DNA of 64,000 nt from Polyangiales bacterium (GCA_964202905.1 CAXNJO010000004.1:384001-448000); one strand, 5' to 3'; positions 43,471-54,148 are shown, counted from the first letter of the stretch. The notes: generated from the letters alone by a model not told the origin. Made by a program: numbers and translations.

Positions 43471-43717
43471 CTTTCCGTTCTCCCTCCGGACCTTGGAGCG
43501 TTCCGGCCGCCGGATAGTACGTGAGCCCGCCCCGCCGCCTCAACCACGAACTGCGCGAAATGGCGGTCGACCGCGCCGCCCCGCGCGCGCCCGCTCGCCC
43601 GCTCAAGGTGCCGGTTGCGGCTGGAATCGATTCGCTGATACTTACGGACCCCGATTTCGCACCCACCACGCCACGAGACTTTTTCGCGGCGGCGACCGTG
43701 CATCGCCGAGGACCTCC

Positions 43718-44617
43718 ATGCCCCGCGCCACCGTGCTCATCGTGCTCGCCTTCCTCGCCGTCCCGCCGGCCACTGCGATCGCCCAATCCCGGCCAGGACG
43801 GCCCGCGCGCCCGGGACGACCTGGCGCGGACGCCGAACCGATGGCCCCCGCGCCCACCCTCGCGGACCTCGCGGAGATCGTTCCGAAGCTCGAGAGCACG
43901 CAGGGCGACGAAGTCCGCGAGGCGATCGACCTCCTCACCGTGATCGATCGCCCGGAGGTGGTTGCGCCCCTGAGCGCGCTGCTCCGCGCTGGTCAGCCCG
44001 ACGCGATCACCGATCGCGCGCTCGAGGCCCTCGGAGCGCTCGGTCAAGCGGGCGCCGTCGACGTGCTGGTCGAGTTCACACACCACCGCCGCGAGCCTGC
44101 GCGGCGCCGGGCCTATCAGGCGCTCGCGGCGATCCAGGACCCGCGCATCCCGCGCCTTCTCGAACAGGGGCTCCGCGACAGCGACCGCAACGTCCGTGGC
44201 GCCGCGGCGCTCGCGCTCGGGCAGATCGGCGCGCGCGGCAGCGTCGACACGCTCTTCATCGCGTTCGATCGCGGCGTGATCGAGGCCGCCATCGCGATCG
44301 GAAAACTCGGCGATCGCGCCGCCGTCCAGAAGTTCTCCGAGTCGGTCGGGCGACGTCCCCTCTCGGTGATGCTCTCGGGCTTCGAGCAATTCGTGCGGCG
44401 CCGGGACCTGCCGGACGAGGTCAAACTCGAGATCGTCCAGCGTCTCGGCGAGGTGTCGGGCCCCCTCGTGAAGACTTTCCTTCGCGAGTACCTCGGTACG
44501 TTCAGCGAGCGCGACCGAAGCGCGCTCAAGCGCGCGATCGAAGAGACGATCCGCCGTATCCCCGACGGCCCCGCGCCAGCTGCGGCGCCCGCGGCAACCG
44601 CCGGAGGTGCGCTGTGA
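43718..44617 (+). CDS. Exported HEAT/PBS-lyase repeat protein
   Basis: Signal peptide; repeats such as DRNVRGAAALALGQIG; stop overlaps the next start (GTGA). Confidence 0.85.
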   Translation: MPRATVLIVLAFLAVPPATAIAQSRPGRPARPGRPGADAEPMAPAPTLADLAEIVPKLESTQGDEVREAIDLLTVIDRPEVVAPLSALLRAGQPDAITDRALEALGALGQAGAVDVLVEFTHHRREPARRRAYQALAAIQDPRIPRLLEQGLRDSDRNVRGAAALALGQIGARGSVDTLFIAFDRGVIEAAIAIGKLGDRAAVQKFSESVGRRPLSVMLSGFEQFVRRRDLPDEVKLEIVQRLGEVSGPLVKTFLREYLGTFSERDRSALKRAIEETIRRIPDGPAPAAAPAATAGGAL

Positions 44618-47379
44618 TCCCCGTCCGCGTTTCCCGCCTCGCGGTCCTCGCACCGCTCGCCGCCCTCGCCGGCTGCGCGTCGGTGGGCCACACCAACGCG
44701 TTCAGCGCGCGCTTCGCCGACAACCAGGCGCTCCCGACCGAAGCCGTCGTCGCTCGGCTGCCGCAGCCCGTCGCTGCGACGCGGCCCGACAACGCGAGCG
44801 GGGCCCCGCTCGTCCTCGTGACGACGCACGGCGGCGAGCGCCGCGTGATCGCCTGGGACGTCGCGACCGGCCGAGAGCGCTGGTCCGCCGCGTTCGACGC
44901 GATGACCCGGCCCGAGGCGATCGGCGACCTCGTCGTGTTCAGCGCGCGCATCGGCACCGGCGCCGACTCGCACGACGAGGTGCTTGCACTGGACCTCGCG
45001 GATGGCCGCGTGCGCTGGCGCGAGACGCACGAGATGGGTTACGTCGGCGCGGCCCGCGAAGGCGACACGATCGTGCTCGTCAACGGCGTCGGCGCGCAGG
45101 GCGGCGCGCGGCGTGTGAGCCACGTGCGGGCGGTCGAACCGCGCGGCGGGGCCGTGATCTGGGAGTACGAGATCCAGGGCGTGCTCGGCCACCCCGCGAT
45201 CGCGGGCGGTCAGGTCTTCATCCCGTGGGACCGCCAGAACATCGCGGTCCTCGATGCGCGTACGGGCATGGAGCAGGCGCGCCTCCGCTCGACCGACGAC
45301 ATCATCGATTGGGTCGACGCACGCCCCGAGGGCGTGTTTTACGGGAGCAAGGCCGTCTATCGCCTCGACGCGCGGGCAACGAGCGGCACGCGTGCGGGCT
45401 CGACCTACCTCGCGCCTCTCCTACCTGCCGCACCCGGCGATCCGCTCATCCACCCGGACGGCTTCGTGCCGTCACCCGGAACGCGCACGGCGCGCGGACG
45501 CATCCGGCTTCACGCATCGCTCCAGCCGACGCCTCCGGGCGAGGCGATCGCCCTCGCGGACGACGTCGTCTACTACGTCTATTTCCGTTACGTTTTCGCG
45601 TTTTCCGCGGACGGAACCGCGCGCTGGGTCCGTATCCTCGACGAGGATGTGATCGGCGCCGAACCGAGCCCTGCGGGATTGTTCACCGTCGGTGAAAAGG
45701 GCGCTCTGCGCCTGCTCGACGAGACGACGGGCAACGACCGCTGGTCCGCGTCGCTCGGCGCAGAGGTCGCGTCGGCGACGCTCGACGTCGCGGGCTTCGC
45801 GCCGACGGGTGAACCGGGCGCCGCCCGCGACCTGAAGACGTCGCTCACGGAGGTCGCGCTCGACGGGGACAACCGCCTCGTACCGGCGCGCGCATTTGCC
45901 TTGCAGATGCTCGCGGCCGACCCGGACCCGGCGGTCACGCGCGAGCTGCTCGACATGTACGCACAGCGCGGCATGCCCTCGTCGCTCCGGGAGGCGATCG
46001 GTACGGCTCTCCGCGCGCGGCGCACGGGCACGGAGTTCCTCGTCGGGGCGCTGCAGCGCCACTACGACTTCCTCGAGGGGACGGAGGCGCCGCCGCTGCA
46101 GGTGATCGTGCCGTCGCTCGTCGCGGCCGCGGAGCGGCGCTCGGTCGACGCGCTCGTCGCCCAGTTGATGGACCACGAGACCCCGGCCGCCGTGTTGCCC
46201 ACGGTCGTCCAAGCGATCGTCCAGCTCGGCGATGCGGGCGTCGTACCAGCGCTCCGTGCCTTCCTGGTCCTCTATCACGCGGACAGCGCGTTCCTCGCGC
46301 CCCCGGATGCCGCCTGCACGCCGGCGACACCGAACGCTTGCGCGATGCAGGCGCTCGGACTCGCCGCAGACGGCATCTTCAAGCTCGGCGGCAACGAGGG
46401 ACGCGAGATGCTGACGCGCCTCGCCGCCGAGGGCCGCACGCACGCGCCGCTCGCCGCGACGGTTCGGGGCTTCTTCGAGGGCGAGCAACGCGCCGCCGAG
46501 GAGGCAGCCCGCGCTGAGGCCACGGCCCGGGAGCGGGCCGCCGCGGAGGCCGCTCAGGAAGTCGAGGCGGCCCTGCCGATCCGCCTCTCCCAGGAGTTGG
46601 TGAACGCGGCGTTCGCCGAACACACCGAGGCGCTGCGCGCGTGCGTCGCGGAGGAGCTCGCGCGCAACCCCCGGCTCGCTCAGGTGCGCGTCGTCTTCAT
46701 CATGAACAACGACGGCACGGGGCGGGACTTCACCTTCGCGCCGAACACCCCGGAGTTCGTGGCGTGCCTGACGCCGAAGGTCGCGGCAGTCACGTTCCCG
46801 CGGTTCCGCCAGATCCGGCAGCGCGGCTCCTTCGTGATCTCCGTGCGCGGCGGACAGCCCCAGACGGAGACCCCGGCGGAGGGCGCGAGCCCCGGCGCGG
46901 AGGTCCTCGCGGCCGACGCGCCCTGGTGGCAGCGCGCGCGCGTGCGAGCGGGCGTCCCGCTCAACGCTGCGGTCACGACGGCGTTGCCGTGGTGGGTGCG
47001 CCACGCGGCCCCCGTCACAATCGTCGCGCCCCCCGCGCAGCCGTCGCAGCCCACGCAACCCGAAACGCCGACGTCGCCGGCCGCTCCTCCGGCGGGCGGC
47101 GAGCGCCGTGGTGGCTTCAGGGCGCGCGCGGCGGCCGCGCAGCCCGCGCCCGCGCAGCCCGCGCCCGCGCAGCCAGCGCCCGCGCAGCCCGCGCCCGCGC
47201 AGCCCGCCGCCGGCAGCACAGCGGCCGGCTCCGCCCGCGCAGCCGCCAGCCGCGGCCGCTCGTGCCCGACGACGCCGCCCGCGCAGCGCCCGGCGCAGCC
47301 TGCACAGCCGCCCGCCGGGGCGCCGCCAGCCCCAGCCCCCGCGCCACCGGCGCAGCCGTGGTGGCTGCCGCAGCAGTAG
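44614..47379 (+). CDS. Lipoprotein: PQQ-like beta-propeller, helical region, AgmX/PglI-C (TonB-C-like) domain and Pro/Ala/Gln-rich tail
   Basis: LAGC lipobox; A.D..TG...W propeller repeats; ALRACVAEELARNP...FVACL......VTFP. Confidence 0.8.
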   Translation: MIPVRVSRLAVLAPLAALAGCASVGHTNAFSARFADNQALPTEAVVARLPQPVAATRPDNASGAPLVLVTTHGGERRVIAWDVATGRERWSAAFDAMTRPEAIGDLVVFSARIGTGADSHDEVLALDLADGRVRWRETHEMGYVGAAREGDTIVLVNGVGAQGGARRVSHVRAVEPRGGAVIWEYEIQGVLGHPAIAGGQVFIPWDRQNIAVLDARTGMEQARLRSTDDIIDWVDARPEGVFYGSKAVYRLDARATSGTRAGSTYLAPLLPAAPGDPLIHPDGFVPSPGTRTARGRIRLHASLQPTPPGEAIALADDVVYYVYFRYVFAFSADGTARWVRILDEDVIGAEPSPAGLFTVGEKGALRLLDETTGNDRWSASLGAEVASATLDVAGFAPTGEPGAARDLKTSLTEVALDGDNRLVPARAFALQMLAADPDPAVTRELLDMYAQRGMPSSLREAIGTALRARRTGTEFLVGALQRHYDFLEGTEAPPLQVIVPSLVAAAERRSVDALVAQLMDHETPAAVLPTVVQAIVQLGDAGVVPALRAFLVLYHADSAFLAPPDAACTPATPNACAMQALGLAADGIFKLGGNEGREMLTRLAAEGRTHAPLAATVRGFFEGEQRAAEEAARAEATARERAAAEAAQEVEAALPIRLSQELVNAAFAEHTEALRACVAEELARNPRLAQVRVVFIMNNDGTGRDFTFAPNTPEFVACLTPKVAAVTFPRFRQIRQRGSFVISVRGGQPQTETPAEGASPGAEVLAADAPWWQRARVRAGVPLNAAVTTALPWWVRHAAPVTIVAPPAQPSQPTQPETPTSPAAPPAGGERRGGFRARAAAAQPAPAQPAPAQPAPAQPAPAQPAAGSTAAGSARAAASRGRSCPTTPPAQRPAQPAQPPAGAPPAPAPAPPAQPWWLPQQ
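47139..47205 (+). repeat. In-frame 15-bp tandem repeats encoding AQPAP
   Basis: gcagcccgcgcccgc repeated about four times. Confidence 0.8.
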
Positions 47380-47430
47380 CGCCTCCCCGCGCACGGGCTC
47401 CATTCTCCGGGGTCCGTCAGCGCGGGCCCG

Positions 47431-48471
47431 TCAGCGCGGCAGTGCAGCCCGTCCCGCCACAGCCTGCGTGAGCGCCACGACGACCTCGCTGGTCGCCTGC
47501 CGCAACGCGAGGGGTGCGTCGGGGCCCAGCCGGTCGGGGTGGAGCGTCGCCGCGAAGCGTCGGAGCGAGCGGCGCGCCGCCGCGTCGTCCGCGCCATGCT
47601 CCAACTCGAGGAGGGTCGCGACGTCGCGCGTGCGCCGCAGCTCGCGGGTTTTGCGGAGCAGCAACGAGTAGGTGTCGCCACCCGCCGAGGGGGGAGCGGC
47701 GGCGCGCACGTAGCGCAGCGCCGCGAGGAAGCGGAGCGCCCGGTGACTCCCGCGCGCGATGCCCAGAAGCGCGTCCACCGGCGCGCCGGCGCGGAGTGCC
47801 GGCACCAGCGCGGCCTCGTCGGGCCAGAGCGCGGACTTCCCCAAGAGCGTCTCGCCGAGCGGCGTCAGCACGACGAGGCCGCTCCCGACGAAGCGGCGCA
47901 CGGAGAGCAGCGGCTCGTGTTCGAGAGATTCTCGAAGCGCTGCGAGGACGAGGTCGGCGGCGCGCACCGACTCGGTAACGTGGGGCATCCCAACCGCGGC
48001 GTCCCCGGCCGAGAAGCGGAACTCGACCCCATCCCAGCGCAGCAGACCACGTACGCGATCGCGCAGCTGCGCACGGAGCGCATGCGCCACCGCCTCCGGC
48101 CGCGCGGCCCCCGTCTCGACCAGCCAGCGCCCCACGGGCAGCGCGGATGCGGCGCGACGCAGGCTCGCCAAGCGCGCGCGCGGGTCGAGGTCACCGCTGC
48201 GCGCAAGGCGTGCGCCGAGGGAGTCGCTCGGCGGGTTCTTCCCCGCGAGCGCGCGCGGCACACCCTCGACGAGCGCGAGGCGCGCCTCCCTCGACCCGGA
48301 CCGGACATGAAGTACGCCCGTCGCCTGCGCCCGTTCGAGGGCGAGCAGCGCCGTGGCCATCGAGGTCGCCGCTGGCAGCCGGTCCATCTGCGCGGACGTA
48401 GCGGAGACTGGCGTTCGGGGCCCAGTTTCCGGCGTGGCACCGTCACGCAGCCACGCGGCGAGGCGACGCAT
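47431..48471 (-). CDS. DUF4388-like protein with a C-terminal DnaJ (J) domain
   Basis: LERAQATGVLHV...GVP; LGARL/VGRWLV helical repeats; C-terminal LHPDR. Confidence 0.75.
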   Translation of the reverse strand: MRRLAAWLRDGATPETGPRTPVSATSAQMDRLPAATSMATALLALERAQATGVLHVRSGSREARLALVEGVPRALAGKNPPSDSLGARLARSGDLDPRARLASLRRAASALPVGRWLVETGAARPEAVAHALRAQLRDRVRGLLRWDGVEFRFSAGDAAVGMPHVTESVRAADLVLAALRESLEHEPLLSVRRFVGSGLVVLTPLGETLLGKSALWPDEAALVPALRAGAPVDALLGIARGSHRALRFLAALRYVRAAAPPSAGGDTYSLLLRKTRELRRTRDVATLLELEHGADDAAARRSLRRFAATLHPDRLGPDAPLALRQATSEVVVALTQAVAGRAALPR

Positions 48472-48500
48472 CGGCGGTGTCGAACGCGGCGAGCGCCGCC

Positions 48501-49799
48501 TCAGCGGACGTAGCGCGGGTCGGCGTGATGGAGGGCGAGGACGTCGAGGAGGAGGCTGTAGCGCTGGCCAAGCGCGGTCGCGCTCACTTCGTAGCGACGC
48601 GCGATCGCGGACTGCGTCACGCCTCGCTCGGACTGCAGCGCCCGCAACGCGTACTCGACGGCCGCCGCGTGGACGCCCGGCTTGCCCACGCGCGGCTGGT
48701 AGATGGCATAGAAGTCCCGCCACATCGTGCGGGCGAGCATGCGCTGCCGGGCGGGACACCCGGACTCGCTCATCTTGCGCTCGAGCAATGCGTCGACGGT
48801 GTGCCACGAGATGCGGTCCCCAACCTGGGGCGGCCCCACCTCCGGGACATCGGGCGCGACACCGACGAAGCGCGGATGCGAGGAGAGCGCCCCGGGCGGC
48901 GCCGCGGCGGGTGCGCCCGCCGACCCCTGCGCGGCTCCCGGTGTCGCCGAGCGGGAGCGGCCAGTCCCCGCGGGACGACGCGGGCTTTGGGGCGACGGAG
49001 CCGAGGACGACGCGTGCGCCCGCGTCGACCGGGGCGTCGGGGTGCGGGTCGACCCGGGACGCGCCCGTGCAGGGTCGAGCGACGCGGGGTCGAGTGACGC
49101 GGGTTCCACCTCGCCGAGGTCGACGAAGCGGCTCCGCTTGGACGGCAGCGAGGGTGACCGACGCTGGACTGCGGGGGCCGGGGTGGCGTGAGGCCCCTCT
49201 CCGACGGGCGCGCCGCGCTCGACCCATGAGAGCAGGGCGCGGTGCTCTCGGTTGCGCGGGGCCGCGCGCACGGCGTCCGCGGCAAGCCCGCGGGCCTCGG
49301 CGAGGGTGCCCATCCCCGCCAGACAATGCGCGAGGGAGGCGGTGATCTCGTCCTCGAGCGGCTCGAGACGATGCGCGCTCCGCAGGTGGGGCAGCGCCTG
49401 CGCCGGGGTCGCGAGCGCGACGTCGAGGAGGTGACCGACGTTGTGGTGGTACCAGGGGTTGCGCGGCGACGAGGAGAGCGCACGGCGGTAGTGACCGACC
49501 GCGACGCGGAAGTTGCCGAGCAGCGCGTGGCAGAGGCCCATCAGCGCGTGTACGACGTCGTCGTCCCGGCGCTCGCGGACGATCCGCCGGAGGTGCAGCA
49601 ACGCGCGCCAGGGGTTCTCCTCCACCCAGAACTCGGCGAGGTGCCGGTGCGCGAAGAGCGCGTGGTCGCTGCCCTCCGGCGCAACGGCAACAAGCCGCTC
49701 GAGCACCGGGAACAACTCCACGCGCGGCCGGGCGCGCCGAAGCAGGCCTTCGGCCTCCCTCCGCAGTTCGTCGACGCGCGTGTCCCCTCTCCGCGACAT
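48501..49799 (-). CDS. TPR protein with a C-terminal TFIIB/cyclin-like HTH domain
   Basis: N-terminal TPRs; Pro-rich linker; KPGVHAAAVEY...TQSAIARRYEVSATALGQRY. Confidence 0.7.
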   Translation of the reverse strand: MSRRGDTRVDELRREAEGLLRRARPRVELFPVLERLVAVAPEGSDHALFAHRHLAEFWVEENPWRALLHLRRIVRERRDDDVVHALMGLCHALLGNFRVAVGHYRRALSSSPRNPWYHHNVGHLLDVALATPAQALPHLRSAHRLEPLEDEITASLAHCLAGMGTLAEARGLAADAVRAAPRNREHRALLSWVERGAPVGEGPHATPAPAVQRRSPSLPSKRSRFVDLGEVEPASLDPASLDPARARPGSTRTPTPRSTRAHASSSAPSPQSPRRPAGTGRSRSATPGAAQGSAGAPAAAPPGALSSHPRFVGVAPDVPEVGPPQVGDRISWHTVDALLERKMSESGCPARQRMLARTMWRDFYAIYQPRVGKPGVHAAAVEYALRALQSERGVTQSAIARRYEVSATALGQRYSLLLDVLALHHADPRYVR

Positions 49800-50011
49800 C
49801 CGCGCGGCTATATACCGCGGCAAAATCCATGGCAAGCAGCCACAGGGCGCCCACTCACAACGCCCTGCGCGCACGCCCGTCGACGGCGTACACCCGGCGG
49901 CTGAGTGACTTGCCGGCATCGCGCCCCCGCGGGCCTCGCGCGCCCTCGGTCACGCTCCAAGGCGATGCCGTACGGCACTTCGCGCGGACGGGCACACACG
50001 GCCCGGCGCCG

Positions 50012-50737
50012 TCAGGCCTCGCGGCGTGCGATGGCGACGACGAAACCACCGAGCCAGCGCAGCGGTGAGGTCGCGGCGAGTTTCTCGGCCCATGCGAGCC
50101 CAGGGCCGACCAGCGGCACCTTGTGGACGAACGCTGCGGGCGTGAGCACGCGGATGCCCCGAAGTTCGACGAGGCGCATCCCCGGCGGGAGGATCTTCGG
50201 GACGACCGTCGGCGGATCCCAGCGCGTGTAGACGTCCGCCTCGGTGCGGCCCTCGGAGATGGGCTGCGGTCCGGCGAGCCGCTTGGCGACGTAGCGCAGG
50301 CTCCAAGGGTTGTAGAGCTCGATCGCGACGTGTCCGCCGACACGCGTGACCCGCGCCATCTCGGCGACCGCCCGCCCGAGGTCGGGGATGTGCGCGAGCA
50401 CTTTGAAGCTGCACGTGAGGTCGAAGGACTGATCCGCGAAGGGAATGGCCGTCGCGCTCCCGAGCACGACCTCCAGCCCGCGCTCCTTCGCGACGCGCAC
50501 CATCCCGGGGCTGACGTCGAGCCCGCGCGCGCTCCGTGCCGATTCCCGGAGTCGCGAGAGCACGAGCCCCGTGCCGCAGCCAACCTCGAGGACGTGCTTG
50601 TGCCGGGCGTACGCGGCGATGGCGTCGAGTTCGAGGTCGTCGAGCATCGCGTGGTAGCCGCGGCCGCGCTCGCGCTCGTACCAGCCGCTGAAGTCGTCGT
50701 AATAGGCGCGGTTGCGCGTGTCGTCCGTCTTCGCCAT
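50012..50737 (-). CDS. Class I SAM-dependent methyltransferase
   Basis: VLEVGCGTG, GLDVSPGM, IPFADQSFD, EMARVTRVGG. Confidence 0.92.
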   Translation of the reverse strand: MAKTDDTRNRAYYDDFSGWYERERGRGYHAMLDDLELDAIAAYARHKHVLEVGCGTGLVLSRLRESARSARGLDVSPGMVRVAKERGLEVVLGSATAIPFADQSFDLTCSFKVLAHIPDLGRAVAEMARVTRVGGHVAIELYNPWSLRYVAKRLAGPQPISEGRTEADVYTRWDPPTVVPKILPPGMRLVELRGIRVLTPAAFVHKVPLVGPGLAWAEKLAATSPLRWLGGFVVAIARREA

Positions 50738-50824
50738 GGGTGGCGCGGACTACCCTCGCGCGCGCCCGGACGCAAGCGGATCGGGGCCCGCCAGCCGGAG
50801 ACGGCGGCTGCGGCCCCGCGTCGA

Positions 50825-51940
50825 TCAGCGGGCGAGCAGCGCGTCGTAGAGAGACTCGTAGGCCGCCGCCATCGGTGCGGGCGCGTGCCGGGCCTCGACC
50901 GCCGCGCGCGCACGGACGCCGAGCGCAGCGCATTGCGCGGCATCGTCGAGGAGCCGATCGAGCGCCGCAGCGAGCGCGTCCGGCGACGCATCGACCGCGA
51001 CGGCCGCCTCGTCGTCTGCGAGCTCCGCCGCGGGCGTGTCGCGAGCGACGACGACGGGCCGCGCGAGACTCATGGCCTCGAGCAGGACGAGCGGGTGGTC
51101 CATCTTCGCGTAGAGATCCGTCGACGGGAGCGCGACGACGTCGGCGGCGGCGAGCAGCGCGTGGATCGCGCGGGTCTCGCCCGGCCCACCGGGTGCGGGC
51201 CTCGAGGCCCGCCGCACGCACGCGCGCCCGCACACGCACCTCGGCGTCACGGGCCGCTGGCGTCTTCGCCCGACACGCGAGCACCAGCCACACGTCGCGC
51301 CGGGCGAGCGCCGCGACCGCGTCCACGATGCGGTCCGCGCCCTCCCCCACCTCGAGATCACCGGGATACAGCACGACGGGCACATCGAGCGGCCAGCCAT
51401 GCTCGCGCCGGGTCGCGCGGCGCGCATCGTCGCTCGCGGGCGCGAGCGGCGCGATGGCCGGGGCGATGCGCGACGATGCGCGCGCGGGGCACGCCCTCCG
51501 CGAGAAAGCGCGCCTCCGTGTGCCGCGAGAGCACGACGCTCACGTCCGCGAAGAGCACCTCGCGCAGGTCCACGCCGAGGCGTGGGCGCGCTCGCGATCG
51601 TGTGCACCGTGGGCACGCGGCGGGCGCGCGATGCGAGCCGGCCGACGCGCGAAGAGCGTGGGTTCGGAGCGAAGAAGAAGTGCCAGAGATCCGCGCGATC
51701 GCCCGCGAAGAGTCGGAGCGCGACGCGCGCGTTGTCGACGAGCGCGGGCGAGAAGCCGCCCGACCCGCGCGCGTAGGGCGTCTCGACGCGGGCTCTGGGC
51801 ACGCCGGGGTCGGCCCCGGGGCGCGTGAGCAGCGTGGGCGTGTAGCGCACGAGCGCCCCCGCGAGGTCGCGCACGAGGTTCTTGCCGCTGTCGTTCCACG
51901 GCGGCGCGACGGGCTTCGAGACGAGGAGGACGGTGCGCAT
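50825..51940 (-). CDS. Glycosyltransferase family 4; several frameshifts
   Basis: SKPVAPPWND N-terminus; ADVVALPS...PLVLLEAMSLARPVV C-terminus; middle part spread over other frames (VVLYPGDLE). Confidence 0.8.
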   Translation of the reverse strand: MRTVLLVSKPVAPPWNDSGKNLVRDLAGALVRYTPTLLTRPGADPGVPRARVETPYARGSGGFSPALVDNARVALRLFAGDRADLWHFFFAPNPRSSRVGRLASRARRVPTVHTIASAPTPRRGPARGALRGRERRALAAHGGALSRGGRAPRAHRRASPRPSRRSRPRATMRAARPGASMAGRSMCPSCCIPVISRWGRARTASWTRSRRSPGATCGWCSRVGRRRQRPVTPRCVCGRACVRRASRPAPGGPGETRAIHALLAAADVVALPSTDLYAKMDHPLVLLEAMSLARPVVVARDTPAAELADDEAAVAVDASPDALAAALDRLLDDAAQCAALGVRARAAVEARHAPAPMAAAYESLYDALLAR

Positions 51941-52114
51941 CGGCGCGACGAGCGTGGCAACCCGGTGACCACGAGCGCGGCGACGTTCTCGCGCATCCAC
52001 GCAGGGTCGTCGCGGCGCCCGACTTTGACAGGTCAGCGCGACTGCGTGCCGCATCCTCTTGGGCCCTTGAGTCTGCCGCGTGACGGCGCATCATCCGACG
52101 AGAGGAACCTGTCC

Positions 52115-52603
52115 ATGCCCGCCGCGCCCCGCTCCCCCCACTACCTCCGTGTCGCCCGCGCCCTGGCGCTTGCTCACCGGGCTCGCCGGCTTCGCCGGCG
52201 TGCGGCGGGGATGACGAGCACAACGCCGCCCGTCGATTCGGGCGTGGACTCCGGAGCCCTCGCCGACGCCGGACGCGGGCGACCGATGCGAGCATGGGCG
52301 ACGACGCAGGAGCGGACGCCGACGCCAGAGCCCGGACGGCGATGCGGGCGGGGACGGCGATGCGAGCGGCGAGGCAACGACGCAGGCGCGGACTGGCCGA
52401 TGCGGGCGGCGGGCAACGACGCAGGCGTGTTGGCGGACGCCGGCGTGCCGAGTGCGACGCCGGCGGCGACCGCTGCGCGACGTGCGCCTGCGATTTCATG
52501 GCCCCCGGGGCCGATGGCGGCGCGGCGTCGTGCGAGGCGCTCGGCTTCTTCGAATGCTGCCCGGCCGTCGGGCCGCTCTTCCCGCCCGACTCTGCCCGCC
52601 TGA
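52115..52603 (+). CDS. Small lipoprotein with DAG-rich linker and Cys-rich C-terminus ending GPLFPPD(LPA); multiple frameshifts
   Basis: AGAGGA RBS; MPAAPRSPHYLRVARALAL; CGGDD in a shifted frame; DSG/DAG repeats; CATCACDF...SCEALGFFECCPAVGPLFPPD; stop at 52601-52603. Confidence 0.6.
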   Translation: MPAAPRSPHYLRVARALALAHRARRLRRRAAGMTSTTPPVDSGVDSGALADAGRGRPMRAWATTQERTPTPEPGRRCGRGRRCERRGNDAGADWPMRAAGNDAGVLADAGVPSATPAATAARRAPAISWPPGPMAARRRARRSASSNAARPSGRSSRPTLPA

Positions 52604-52611
52604 CGCGCGCC

Positions 52612-53458
52612 GTGAGCGACGCTCCGCACCACGCTCTCGGGGACGGCGCTCGAGGCCGAGTCGCGGACCGTCGAGCAGGGGCTCGCGCGCACGCGCCCCG
52701 ACCCTTCGCTGCGCTTCGACCCCGCGCCGTGGGATGCCCGCCTCGTCGCGCACGTCGCCGGGCAGTGGCAGGCGCGCATGATCTTCGAGCACCGCTCGAG
52801 CACGGTCTTCTCGCAGCTCGCGGGGCAGCTGTTCGAGGCCGGCGCGACGCTCGACGCGAAGATCGTGATGTTGCGCATGGCGCAGGACGAGTTGCGACAC
52901 GCCGTGACGTGCGCGGAGGTCGTGCGCGCGCTCGGCGGCGACGCGGAGCCGAAGGTCGATCTGCGCGTGGAGCCCCTCGCGACCCACGCCGGCGTCAGCC
53001 CCGAAGAGCGCGCCTTGCGCAACGTGATCTTCACGACCTCGTGCTCCGAGCTCGTCGCGTGCGCGCGCTTCGTCGAAACGCTCGAGCACGTCGAGGACGT
53101 CTACCTTCGGCAGGCCTTCCGCACGCTCCTCGCCGACGAGATCCTCCACGCCCAGTTCGGCTTCCACTACCTCGAGGCGTGGCGTCCGTGGCTCGACGCG
53201 CACCCGGACGCGCGCGCATCGCTCGAGCGCTTCCTCACCGTCGCCTTCGCGGCGCTCGAGCGCGAGCTCGCGCCGCGTCCGCCCTGGCCGCGACTCCCCG
53301 CGCAGCTCGCCGCGCAGTACCGCGCGCTCGGCGGCGACGACCCGGAGCGCGCCCACGCCGTCTTCCACGGAACAATCGAAGGGGCCGTGCTCCCGGGTCT
53401 CACCCGCTTCGGCATCGACGCCGAACGCTGCTGGCGCGAACGTGCGCGCGTCGCCTGA
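52612..53458 (+). CDS. Ferritin-like diiron domain protein
   Basis: WQARMIFEHRS, QDELRH, CSELVA, ADEILHAQFGF give the E/ExxH/E/ExxH ligand set; GTG at 52612 needs a 1-nt correction near 52618. Confidence 0.85.
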
Positions 53459-53460
53459 CC

Positions 53461-53508
53461 GCGCCCCGTTTGACTTCGTGACGCAGGGCGTTACGAAACG
53501 CGGGGCGC
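53461..53508 (+). terminator. Long stem-loop immediately after the ferritin-like gene
   Basis: gcgccccg...ttcgtgacgc-agg-gcgttacgaa...cggggcgc; no U-tract, so the function is uncertain. Confidence 0.45.
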
Positions 53509-53536
53509 CCTCCCCGACGCGCCAGCCGGAGCCCCC

Positions 53537-54148
<612 letters not shown>

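Noticed and set aside
52025..52035. TTGACA / TGAC-N2-GTCA upstream of the lipoprotein-ferritin pair
   Set aside because: No properly spaced -10 element, and the palindrome is too short to support a call.
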